Of a DNA stretch of 64,000 bases, positions 50,646 through 63,345 are shown piece by piece (within the stretch, counting starts at the first letter, position 1; each line of letters begins with the position of its first letter). Location of the stretch: contig NC_043000.1 in NCBI RefSeq assembly GCF_006345805.1, positions 12,710,001 through 12,774,000 on the forward strand, in the 5' to 3' direction. Source of the stretch: Octopus sinensis. Its lineage: Eukaryota. A model generated the notes under the pieces. That model did not search any database, was not told the DNA's origin, and saw nothing but the letters and a program-made list of their open reading frames with translations. The translations under genes and the position numbers were made by a program.

Positions 50646-53071
50646 TGTATGTGTGTCACCTGCAAAGATTCCCCAAATCTTATGACCTACGCATATCCCC
50701 AACACTTATGATCCAGACACACTCCCCAAATCATATAATTCTCTTGCTGGCATGATCCGGGTATATCCTACACCATAGCTAATATGATCCATACACAAGT
50801 ACACCCTGTTCCATAGCTACCTACCCAGGCTGGATAGGACTAAATAGATTTACATTCCTATTGAAAACATGACCTTGGTTGACCCAGCATTCCATAATTA
50901 ATTGGCAAAATTGTGAGCACTTTGGATTGAATACCTTGTGGTGTCTGTTCCAGCTCTGTGTGGTCTGAGTTAAAATCATCCCTTGGTCAACTTTGCCTTT
51001 CATCTATTTTGAGGCCGATTGGATTGGATTGTCCATGTTCAGCCACTGCAGTACAAGGGCCTCAGCATGTTCTCTCTACCAACCATGGTTTGATGTGTAA
51101 GCCATGAATTTGAGCTTGAGATCATACTGGTTTGATGAACCTACTCTGTCACACTGGCTCGACATGGCTTGGCAGAGGGACGCAGTTTATATGCTCATCC
51201 TCAGGAGTAGTTAAGTCATGGCGCAGGAGTGGCTATATGGTACGTAGCTTGTTTACCAACCACATGGTTCCGGGTTCAGTCCCACTGCGTGGCACTTTGG
51301 GCAAGTGTCTTCTACTATAGCCTCGGGCCGACCAAAGCCTTGTGAGTGGATTTGGTAGATGGAAACTGAAAGAAGCCCGTCGTATATATGTATATATATA
51401 TATGCGTGTGTGTGTTTGTGTGAGTGTGTTTGCTCCCTAGCATTGCTTGACAACCGATGCTGGTGTTTATGTCCCCATTACTTAGTAGTTCGGCAAAAGA
51501 GACCAATAGAATAAGTACTGAGCTTACAACGAATAAGTTCCGGGGTCGATTTGCTCGACTAAAGGCGGTGCTTCAGTATGGCCGCAGTCAAATGACTGAA
51601 ACAAGTAAAAGAGTAAAGAGTAGATCCCAGGTCTCAATTGCTGCTTATTTTATCGACCTGAAAGGATGAAAGGCAAAGTCAGCCTCAACAGAATTTGAGC
51701 TCAGAATGTAAGGACGGATGAAATGCCTCTAAGAATTTCAACCAGCATGCTAATGATTCTACTGGCTAATGATTCTACCTTTGGGGCCAATAATAGCAAA
51801 ATAATCCAGGGTATTGATTGGTAGCACAGTAAAGATGTCAGAATGGGAGCCTTCTGATATTTGCTCCAGTTCTTTGCATTCTGAGTTCAGATCTTATCAT
51901 GGCCCACTTGGGTGGTAGATTTAATCCATTGCCACTTTAACACCATCACCTAGTACCTTGGGTGCCTTTAGTGGGGCTCACTCTATTACAAGCATTCATA
52001 TGATATCTCTGGTTCAAGGATAACTTCCTCCCTCCCTCCCTCTCTCTTGCCAATGCCAAAGGTATTGGAAAAAGCCATGAGTCCTGCTTTTACCTCCTGA
52101 CTAAAAGATAAAATGACCCAGATACATTTCTGCACAGGTGAAACTGGATGTGTGATTAAGACTCTTGGTTCTTAATCATGTAGTCTTAAATTCAGTCCTG
52201 CTGCACGGGACCTTGAGTAAGTGTCTTCTACTATGGAAGCACTCCGTCGGTTACGACAACGAGGGTTCCGGTTGATCCGAATCAACGGAACAGCCTGCTC
52301 GTGAAATTAATGTGTAAGTGGCTGAGCACTCCACAGACACGTGTACCCTTAACGTAGTTCTCGGGGATATTCAGCGTGGCACAGAGAGTGACAAGGCCGG
52401 CCCTTTGAAATACAGGTACAACAGAAACAGGAAGTAAGAGTGAGAGAAAGTTGTGGTGAAAGAGTACAGCAGGGATCACCACCATCCCCTGCCGGAACCT
52501 CGTGGCTTTAGGTGTTTTCACTCAATAAACACTCACAACGCCCGGTCTGGGAATCGAAACCGTGATCCTATGACTGCCAGTCCGCTGCCCTAACCACTGG
52601 GCCATTGCGCCTCCACTGTCATCTACTATAGTCTGGGGCTGAACAAAGCCTTCTGGGTGGATCTGGTAGGTAGAAACTGAAAGAAATCCATCATATATAT
52701 ATATATATAAATATATATGTATGTATATATACATATATGTGTGTCCCCGATATTATATATATCCATCAGGACTGATCTTACCAATCAGTTTTGCTCTAGG
52801 GGTTCAGTGGGTAGTTAGGTAACAGTCCGATTATGCAACCCTGCTCTCTTCAGAGATGGCAGTTATCTCTGAAGGATGCTGGGTTACATAATTGGATTAT
52901 TAACTAACATTTCACTGAATCCCTGGTGTGAAATTGATTAGTAAGATCAGCTGTAATGGAAATATAATATGGTACACTTCGATTAATATACCCACTCTTC
53001 TGACAGGTATACGAGTGCATTTTTCCTAACTTATGGATTTTTAGATGACTTATATACTACATATATATACA

Positions 53072-53251
53072 GTAGTTGACAGCGGGGGTGGATGCTCTGA
53101 GAGCATAGCTGCTGGAATAAGAATAGCATGGGCAAGGTTCAGAGAGCTCCTATCCTCTGCTGGTATTAAGGGGTTTCTTATTCAGAGTGAAAGGTAGACT
53201 GTATAATGCATATGTGCAAACAGCCATGCTACACAGCAGTGAAACATGGGC
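53072..53251 (+). mobile_element. RTE (BovB-like) LINE internal fragment
   Basis: GGGCSESIAA.IRIAWARFRELL...RVKGRLYNAYVQTAMLHSSETWA, with a frameshift. Confidence 0.7.
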
Positions 53252-54660
53252 TTGTTTCAATCATTGGACTGCAGCCATTTTGGAGCACCACCTTGAAGAG
53301 TATAGTCAAAAAAATCAAACCCATTACTTGTTTTCTTGAAGTCTGGTACTTAATTCTACAGCAGTGGTTGATGTGAAACAAAGCACAAAGATACACATAC
53401 ATCCATACATGCACACACACACATACACACACACACAAACACGCATATATATATATGCATATATATATATATATATATTATATATATAATATATACATAT
53501 ATACTACAACTAATGTAGGATAAAATTTTTTTCAGAAAAAATTTCATCATAAGTGGCAGCATATATATATTATATATATATATATATATAAACGATGAAT
53601 AGCTTTGCGTAACCATGGTCCGTTTTGTTCTCTCTCTTTATTATCATCTTATAATCATCTCATAATAATGACTTTTATGACTCATATTACTACCTCAGTC
53701 AATCTAAATGTATATATTTGTTGTTACCTGTCATAAATAGCCTTTTTTTATTTGCAATGTGCATTTTCGTTGATTTTTCATATTTTACCCTTACAATTCC
53801 ACGTGTATTTTATGTTTTCTTTTTATAACATATTTCTACTATATATTATATATATATATATATACATATATGCATGTTTGTGCGTGTGTGTGTGTGTGTA
53901 TGGATGTATGTGTATCTTTGTGTTGTGGTTTGCATCAACCACTGCTCGACAGCTGATGTAGAATAAGTACCAGACTTCAAGAAAACAAGTAATGGGTTTG
54001 ATTTTCTTGACTAAACTCTTCAAGGTGGTGCTCCAGCATGGCTGCAGTCCAATGATTAAAACAAGCAAAAGATAAAAGAAACAAAAAAAAAAAACTCATG
54101 GTTAACTTCCCCAAGTACACTTCCCCATCCATTGACTAGCATGGCATGCACATACCACTTACCACCCAGTTCTAGCATGACCTCGGTACAGTTTACATTT
54201 TTTTCATACAGTAGTAGTTGTAGGCGATGATTCAGAGATCGGGTTTCAAATTTAGGTTATCTTCACTGCTAATTGTTATGAGATATCACACCTACCCCTT
54301 ACACTTACACACTTACACATGCATACACATACTTATATATATGTCCATGGATACACAAAATTCACATGTACGAGGATGTATATATACACACATGCATTCA
54401 CATACGATAACATAAATAATATTAGTTTCATTTCAAGATAACACAGTTGGCTGCTGTTGGTGAAGATGTTGTGGTTGGTGGCAGTTGCAATGATGATGTT
54501 GTTCTTATTGGTGGTGGTGGTGTTGGTGGTCGTTGTGGTCATGATGGTGGAACAGGAGTGGCGAAGGTATTTGACATACAGTTAATGATGTAAGTGGTTT
54601 TTCTGATGATGTTGTTTAACCGCAGGTCAGCCCTGAATCTGAATGAGTAGGCCTTGAAAT

Positions 54661-55519
54661 CAAGAGGACTGATCCTGATGTCTACAACTCTTTCCTGCAA
54701 TCAGACCTAGACACAATGCAGCAATGGATCACAGACTGGCAACTGAAACTGGCTGTGGACAAGTGTACCACCATGCATTTTGGGAGAAAAAACCCTGCGT
54801 CCACATACCCCCTCCACAACACTGATATCAAGAAATCCTCTTGCGAGCGTGACCTAGGCATCACTGTCAGCAGTGATTTGCGTTGGACAAAGCATATCTC
54901 TAAAATTGTCAGGAGGGCCGAGGGTGTCTTGGCATCACTCAGCAAGACTTTTGTTAGCCGCTCTCCAGCCATCTATTTAAAACTGTATACAGCTATGGTA
55001 CGACCACACTTGGAATTCGCATCATCAGTTTGGAATCCCTATCTTGCTCAGAACATTGACCTCCTGGAATCTGTCCAGAGACGTGCAACCAAACGCATAC
55101 CCTCCATCAGACACCTACCATATTCTGAGTGCCTTGTTTCCCTGGGCATGGATTCACTGAAGCTCCGGCGTCTGGCGACGGACTTGGTAAACACCCACAA
55201 GGTTATCAACCACCTCACCAACAACAACACTGAACACCTTTTTGATCTCCATGTGTCTAACACACGTGAACATGCCTACAAAGTCAGAAAACAACACAGC
55301 TCCCATGACTTTCGGAAACATTTTTTCACGCTCAGAGTTGCTGAAGCATGGAATAAACTGCCTGCGTCAGTTGTTGACTGCCATGACACTGCATCCTTTA
55401 AGGCCCTCATGCTTTCCGAAATCCGCCGAAACTACACCTGATTATATATACACTTTAGATGAGTTGTAGTGCACCTGAGCACTGTACACAATTATTATTA
55501 TTATTATTATTATTATTAT
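54661..55519 (+). mobile_element. 5'-truncated CR1-clade LINE (RT C-terminus, short 3' UTR, (ATT)n tail)
   Basis: ORF 54716-55441 has ERDLGI, LYTAMVRPHLEFASSVWNP, LESVQRRATK and SLKLRR..DL. The 3' end gtagtgcacctgagcactgtacacaa(tta)n recurs as a tail-only remnant at 11225-11268. Confidence 0.9.
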
Positions 55520-56880
55520 GATCAAGAACATTCCAACCATGAGCACTCCATCTATTTAGTAGTAACTAGGACTACATTATTTATTTTATCCTTCCTTTTT
55601 ATATTCTAAGACAGCAGCAGTTTGACTTGAGGAAGATGTGACTGCTGTTTCTAGTAGGTTAAATGATAAACATCGCCTTTTTCAAGCCTAGCCAGGCTCA
55701 TGGGCCCAGTTTCCCGGTTTCTATGGTGTATGTGTTCCCCCCAGCTGGACGGGATGCCAGTCCATCGCAGTGTTACTCAAGAAACAGGAAGAGAGAGTGA
55801 GAGAAAGTTGTGGTGAAAGAGTACAGCAAGGGTCGCCACCACCCCCTGCCGGAGCCTCGTGGAGCTTTTTATGTGTTTTCACTCAATAAACACACACAAT
55901 GCCCGGTCTAGGAATCGAAACCACGATCCTCTGACTGCGAGTCCGCTCTCCTAACCACTGGGCCATTGTGCCTCCACTTCTAGTAGGTTGGGCAACTACA
56001 AAGGAAATGTCTGGTTGGGGTGTTGCTAGTTGGTGTCATTGTTTAGCTCCACATCAGCTTTTATTGGGTGGACCTTTGATCAAAGGTTTACCAGATGTGA
56101 CCATCTTGTCTTTTATTTCAGACACTGTATATCTGAGATAATATAGCATTATCTAATTTGTCCTGCTCTGTTTAAGACAGTAAGAGGTTAGTAGAGGGAG
56201 ATTTAGCTGCTATTTCTTGCATGCTGAACAATCATGTAGAGGTTCTCTTATTGGCTTGGTGTTTATGGTGATGACGATGACAATGATGGTGGTGGTGGTG
56301 GTGGTATTGTGAATGTTGTAGCTTAGTGTTGATGATCTTATTTCTTTACTGCCCACAAGGGGCTACACACAGAGGGGACAAACAAGGACAGACAAACGGA
56401 TTAAGTTGATTATATCGACCCCAGTTCGTAACTGGTACTTATTTAATCGACCCCGAATGGATGAAAGGTTAAGTTGACCTTGGCGGAATTTGAACTAAGA
56501 ACGTAGTGGCAGACAAAATACCGGTGTGCTAACGTTTCTGCCAGCTCGCCACCTTCATGTTGATGATCTTGCTACTATTATCAAACAGTATTTTTTAGAA
56601 ACATCATAATAAAGTTAATTAATGTACTGAGCATCAAACATTTAATTAAAAATAATTAAGGTGGGGGGAGAAAACAACATAAGATTAATGTTTAAAATTA
56701 TTTTAATCAACCTAACAAGTAAGTGATACAACTTCAGACATATTTTAGTTTTATTTTACTTCTTCTGCAAAGTAATTGACTTACTCCTCCCCTAAAATTT
56801 CTGACCTTGTGCCAAAATTTGAAACCATTATTAAGGGGATAAGCTGGCAGAATTGTTAGCAAACCAGACAAATGGCTTAA

Positions 56881-57101
56881 CCCTTTAGTGTTCGCATTAT
56901 TCTGCCAAAATTAATGCTCTTTTATCCACCTTGTTTTGAACTAATCACGCATTATCTTGTAGCTATGAGATTTTGATGAGGTAGCTGTTAATTTTTAAAA
57001 CCATATTGTAGGGTTGGTGTGAGAGACCAGATCTGGCCAGTTTGAACATAAAATAGGCAGAATACTTTTGGCTGGATATGGCCGGTTTAAATGCTAAAGG
57101 G
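56881..57101. mobile_element. piggyBac-type MITE family 1
   Basis: TTAA-CCCTTTAG...CTAAAGGG-TTAA, inserted into an old family-A SINE. Further copies at ~57532-57750 and, inverted and split, at 60783-60955 plus 61300-61335. Confidence 0.75.
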
Positions 57102-57268
57102 TTAATGGCATTTCTCCCAGCTTTACATTTTGAATTCAAATTCCACCAAAGTTAACTTTGCCTTTCATCCTTTCAGGGTCGGTAAACTAAAACACTGATT
57201 AAGTACTAGGGTTACTGCAATTGACTTGCTGCCTCTACAGAAAATCGTTAGCCTTGTGCCAAAATTAA

Positions 57269-57490
57269 CCCTTCTGTTACCAAACTTTTGTTGAGATACA
57301 CCCTTTTTATTTCAATTAATTTTGAAAATAATAAAGAATTTACTAAAATATCTTGGTCATTACTAAGTTGGTAATTAGGACATAAATTAACATGGAACTT
57401 TAATGAGAAATTTTCATTTAGATCACCTTAAAACGAGAAGTCTGTAACATAGAAGCAAGAGCAGTCTTGGGCAGGTTGGTATCAAAAAGG
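57269..57490. mobile_element. piggyBac-type MITE family 2
   Basis: TTAA-CCCTTCTGTTACC...GGTATCAAAAAGG-TTAA, homologous to 59900-60119. Confidence 0.65.
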
Positions 57491-59183
57491 TTAAAAAGAA
57501 TTATGAAATTAGTATTTGGAATATAAACTAACATTTAGCATTCACATTATTCTATCAAATGTAATGCTTATTTATTCACATTGTTCTGAATTAATCATGC
57601 ATTATCTTATAGCTATGAGATTTTGATGAGGCAACAATTAATTTTTTAGAATGGCATTGTAGGGTAGGTGTGAGAAACCAAATCCGGCCAGTTTGAACAT
57701 AAAACAGGAATATTTTGGCTGGATATGGCTGGTTTAAATACTAAAGGTTTAAAGCAGAAAGTTTCTTTTTATCATAGAATCGAGCATGGTTTCAGGCAGA
57801 TAGGCATCAAAAGGGTTGAACTATCAAACTTTATGGTACAAGGATAAGAATTCAAGAATTGAAACATTTGAACAATTGTTTTGAAATGTTTTGGGTAAGA
57901 TATATAATTGTCTAATGAACAACATATATAATTTCAAAGACTATTTCACTTCTGAGTGGTTAAGTAGTTTGCAAGGCATCTAACCGTAAAAAAACACCAT
58001 GTAAATATCCAAATCCTTTCTCTCCACTCCTTCTAGAAAGCGTTCCTCCCATAGTGACAGTTGTTTGAGAAAATAGATGTAGAAGTATTTGAAATAAAAG
58101 ACAAACTAAAAGTGCATGAAAATTTTTAAAATAAAAAATAAAAGAGATTATTTATATTTGAAGGATCAGAGTTTTGGTTATATGGATGTTTAAGGAATAT
58201 AATGTTCCTATTATTAGTTGGAAAAAATTAAAATTATAAAATGTTGAAGGAATGAAAATAAAATGTCAAGAGGTTGGAAAAAAATATATATATACAAATA
58301 TATATTGTGGTTGTCAAACACAGTTGAGCTTTGACAAGAAAGTCACATTGAAATCTTTAGGGACTGTTTCAAAGAATTTATCTCATTTTAACTTAAAGAA
58401 TTGTGGTGTTATTAACCAAATAGCATCTGTCACTAAGTTGTTCACTTCTCTCACAATTTAAAAGATAAAGAAAAGAAGGAAAAAAAAAAGAAAAAAACAT
58501 GAGGGGAAAATCTCATGTTTCATTTTACCTTTTTATTTAATGTTCTTGTTTTTCTGTGGCAGCTTAAATAAACTAAATTCTTTCATTCTATTTGAAAAAT
58601 ATTTCCCACTATTTTCAGCCACATGTTTTTTCTGACTTAATTTCCACTTTTCAGATATGAAATGTCTCTCATTACACACTGAAAGTATCTTCTGAAATGA
58701 GAGAGTACCTCCATCTTCTCTATATTTTGCAGCATGAATGAGAAAAGAGAAATATAAAAATTACAACCAGCTGTATCGTAAAAAAAAAAAAATTAAAATA
58801 AAAAAATTACTTTTGATAACCAATAAGAACTAATAAATAAATAAAAAAACATGATTGGTCCTAAGATTATTTTGCACACAAGACTTGTTAGGAACCAAAA
58901 GATGTCTTTGACATTATCTTCAGTGTCTTTTTGTATTTTTCTCTTTTTACTCTCTTTTACTTGTTTCAGTCATTTGACTGTGGCCATGCTGGAGCACCGC
59001 CTTTAGTCGACCAAATCGACCCCAGGACTTATTTGTTGTAAGCCTAGTACTTATTCTATCAGTCTCTTTTGCCAAACTGCTAAGTTACGGGGACGTAAAC
59101 ACACCAGCATCAGTTGTCAAGCAATGTTGGGGGGACAAACACAGACACTCAAACACACATACACACACACGTATATATGTATA

Positions 59184-59370
59184 TAACGGGAAGGTTTACG
59201 AAAATAAACAAAAGGCGAAGGCAGGTGGAGTACAAACAAACAATGTATTAGTATGGTGCTCAGGAATAGAAATAAAACAAGTCTTTTACGTTTCGAGCCT
59301 ACGCTCTTCGACAGAAAAGAAACAAGGAGAGAAAAAAATTGCGTGTAGGGGCTAATGATCCAGCATGACG
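59184..59370 (-). mobile_element. Copy of the ~190-bp HHR-like element inserted in the internal (TA)n of a SINE
   Basis: Motif at 59282-59319. It splits the family-D SINE between tatatgtatat and acgacaggcttc. Confidence 0.7.
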
Positions 59371-59899
59371 ACAGGCTTCTTTCAGTTTCCGTCTACCAAA
59401 TCCACTCACAAGGCTTTGGTCAGCTCGAGGCTATAGTAGAAGACACTTGCCCAAGGTGCCATGCAGTGGGACTGAACCCGGAACCATGTGGTTGGTAAGC
59501 AAGCTACTTACCACACAGCCACTCCTACGCCAAATTACGTTTCATTTTTTTAAATTTAAATTCAAATCCAAATACAGTTTGACAAAGAAAGTAGTTTCAA
59601 ATTCCATTTGAAGTTACTGAATTCAATTTTTGTTTATTTTACAACCTTGTTCAATAAGAGACAAAACAAAAGTCATTATAATTCGGGAACAAACAAAGTT
59701 GAGGCTGTAATAATATCTTAAACTGCTGTCAGTCACGAACTGAGAAGGAGTAGAGGAGATTCAGATGAAAAGATAAGAATAACGATTAGGAAAGAAACAA
59801 GCAGAGAGATAACAGAGCTACAAAGTTGCAATTTGCCAGAGATTTACTAGTGTGAAATTATGATTCTGTAGTGCCAGTTTTATGTGTTAACATGTTTAA

Positions 59900-60119
59900 C
59901 CCTTTCGTTACTGTATTTATTTTGAGATGCTCTGTGTTTCTTTCAATTACTTTAAATATAACAAAGAATTTAGTAAAATAACATAGTTATCATTAAGCTA
60001 GTGATAGGAACATAAATTGTGACTAAGGTTTGGTGGAAGATTTTAATTCAAAACTTATGAAAACAAGACATTTGTACTCAGAGCTAGTGCCGGTTTCAGC
60101 CGGGTTGGTAATGAATGGG
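59900..60119. mobile_element. piggyBac-type MITE family 2
   Basis: TTAA-CCCTTTCGTTAC...GTAATGAATGGG-TTAA. The 3' part is duplicated at 60535-60698. Confidence 0.7.
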
Positions 60120-61840
60120 TTAATATGTTAACATGTTAGAGTGGCTGTGTGGTAAGTAGCTTGTTTACCAACCACATGGTTCCGGGTTCAGTTCCAGTGC
60201 GTGGCATCTTGGGCAAGTGTCTTCTGCTATAGCCCCGGGCCGACCAATACCTTGTGAGTGGATTTGGTAGACGGAAACTGAAAGAAGCCTGTCGTATATA
60301 TGTATATATATGTGTGTGTGTGTTTGTGTGTCTGTGTTTGTCCCCTAGCATTGCTTGACAACCGATGCTGGTGTGTTTACGTCCCTGTCACTTAGCGGTC
60401 CGGCAAAAGAGACCGATAGAATAAGTACTGGGCTTACAAAGAATAAGTCCCAGGGTCGATTTGCTCGACTAAAGACGGTGCTCCAGCATGGCCGCAGTCA
60501 AATGACTGAAACAAATAAAAGAGAGAGAGCAAAGAGTTATCATTAAGCTAGGAACGTAAATTGTTAGGAACGTAAATTGTGACTATGGTTTGGTGGAAGA
60601 TTTTAATTCAAAACTTTTGAAAACAAGACATTTGTACTCAGAGCTAGAGCCGGTTTCGGCCAGGTTGGTAACGAAAGGGTTAATATGTTAACATGTTAAC
60701 AGTTTAACATGTTAACATACTATTTAATTGCAAGGAAATGTAATTTTTCACATTTTTACAATATTTCATAATTAAACATTAACCCTTCAGTGTTAAAACT
60801 GGCCATATCCAGCCAAAATAATCTACGTGTTTTATGTTCAAACTGGCCAGATTCAGCCTCTCTCACCTAGCCTAAAAAATATACAGTCACATAATCAAAA
60901 TCTCAAAGCTACAAGATAATCAGGATAAATTCAAAATAATGTGGATAATAAGTGTTGGTATATGGTGACTTCCTTCGGTCAGACACTGACCATGGGTTTG
61001 CACCTAGAGAGTTACCCTCTGAGGCACAAGTCTGGGCAAGGTTGTTTTATGGAAGACCAACAGTCGCCCATGCATACCAGCCTCCCCTCTCCAAGTCACC
61101 GATATTGTCCAAGGGAAAGGCAAGGGCTGATACAGCTTGGCACCAGTGATGTCGCAACTCATTTCTACAGCTGAGTGAACTGGAGCAACGTGAAATAAAG
61201 TGTCTTGCTCAAGAATACAACACGCAGCCCGGACCGGGATTCGAGCTCACAACCTCATGATCGTAAGCTCGAGGCTCTAACCACTGAGCCACGCGCCAGT
61301 GTTACATTTGATAGAATAACCTGAATGCTAAAGAATTCATATTTAGTAGCACTCCTGTTATTCAAATATCATTGATTCCATGTCAAAGATACAGAAAAAA
61401 AATTTTTCTCAAATGTGGAAGTGTACCACTGGTGATGCCTATTGCACACATACACATTTGACTGTGGCCATGCTGGAGCACTGCCTTTAGTCGAGCAAAT
61501 CAACCCCAGGACTTATTCTTTGTAAGCCTAGTACATATTCTATCAGTCTCTTTTGCCGAACCGCTAAGTTACGGCGATGTAAACACACCACCATCAGTTG
61601 TTAAGCAATGTTGGGGGGACAAGCACAAACACTCTAATGCACACACACACATATATATATACATATATACGACAGGCTTCTTTCAGTTTCCGTCTACCAA
61701 ATCCACTCACAAGGCTTTGGTCGCCCCAAGGTTATAGTAGAAGACACTTGCCCAAGGTGTCTGAACCCAGATCCATGTGGTTCATAAGCAAGCTACTTAC
61801 CACACAGTCACTCCTGCACCCTATATATATATATATATAT

Positions 61841-63291
61841 CATCATCATCATCATCGTCGTTTAACGTCCGTTCTCCATGCTAGCATGGGTTGGACGGTT
61901 CGACCGGGGTTCTGGGAAGCCAGAAGGCTGCACCAGGCTCCAGTCTAATCTGGCAATGTTTCTACAGCTGGATGCCCTTCCTAACGCCAACCACTCCGTG
62001 AGTGTAGTGGTGCTTTTTACGTGCCACCTGCACAGGTGCCAGGCGGGGCTGGCAACGGCCACGGTCAGATTGGTGTATTTTATGTGCCACCGGCACGGAA
62101 GCCAGTCGAGGCGGTGCTGGCATCGGCCCGAGTCGGATATATATGTGCCGTGGCACACATGATAACCATCCGAACGTGGCCGTAGCCAGTTCCGCATCGA
62201 CCGCCTCCGTGCGTTGGGCCGTAACAAACACCATCCGATCATGGCCGTTCGCCAGCCTCATCTGGCCCTGTGTCGCTGGCACATAAAAACACCTTCCGAA
62301 GACCCGGCAAGACTAGTCAGTCCACCTGTGCATACCTTCCTTCTTGTGACACTTGTGAAAGACCGGTTTGAGGCAAGTGAAAATCAAATCAAATCAAATC
62401 AAATCAAATCAAATCAAATCAAAATAGACAAAATAGATGAACATCAATGGAATTTGTATCTTGTGGTACCAGTGCCTGTGGTACCAGTGCCTGTGGTACC
62501 AGTGCCTGTGGTACCAGTGCCTGTGGTACCAGTGCCTGTGGCACACAAGAAATCCATCAGTGCTGTAGTCAGTGCGGTGGGCACATGACAAACACCATCC
62601 GATCGTGGCCGTTCGCCAGCCTCATCTAGCACCTGTGTCGGTGGCACATAAAAAAACCATCCGAAGACCTGGCAAGACTATTCAGGCCATAACCCATGGC
62701 CCCTACCTGGGACGTAGTCAGTCCACCACCTGTGCATACCTTCCTCTTCTTCTTGTGACACTTGTGAAGACCGTGTGAGGCAAGTAAAAATCAAATCAAA
62801 ACAAATCAAAAAGATGAACATCAATGGAATTTGTATCTTTGTGGTACCAGTGCCGGTGGCACGTGGCACACAATAAAACCATCCGAACGTGCCGTAGCCA
62901 TACCGCATCGACTGGCCTCCGTGCTGTGGGCACGTAACAAGCACCATCCGATCGTGGCCGTTTGCCAGCCTCATCTGGCACCTGTGTCGGTGGCACATAA
63001 AAACACCATCCGAGCGTGGCGTCTGCCAGCCTTGTCTGGCACCTGTGTCGGTGGCACATAAAAACAACCATCCGAGCGTGGCCGTTTGCCAGCCTCGTCT
63101 GGCACCTGTGTCGGTGGCACAAAAATCACCCACTACACTCTCGGATTGGTTGGCGTTAGGAAGGGCATCCAGCTGTAGAAACACTGCCAGATCTGACTGG
63201 ACTGGTGCAGCTTTCGGGCTCCCCCAGACCCCAGTTGAAACCGTCCAACCCATGCTAGCATGGAAAGCGGACGTTAAATGATGATGATGAT

Positions 63292-63292
<1 letters not shown>
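61841..63292. mobile_element. Back-to-back retroelement 3' regions (RTE-type tail) with internal ~60-bp and 15-bp tandem repeats
   Basis: Both ends carry the tail GGCGTTAGGAAGGGCATCCAGCTGTAGAAAC...CATGCTAGCATGG...GACGTTAAA(TGA)n in opposite orientations. Internal repeats are AAAACACCATCCGAGCGTGGCC...GGTGGCACAT, (GTGGTACCAGTGCCT)x5 and (AAATC)n. Confidence 0.65.

Positions 63293-63345
<53 letters not shown>

Noticed and set aside
62143-63125. Regularly spaced repeats superficially like a CRISPR array
   Set aside because: The units are tandem without unique spacers, the context is eukaryotic, and there are no cas genes.
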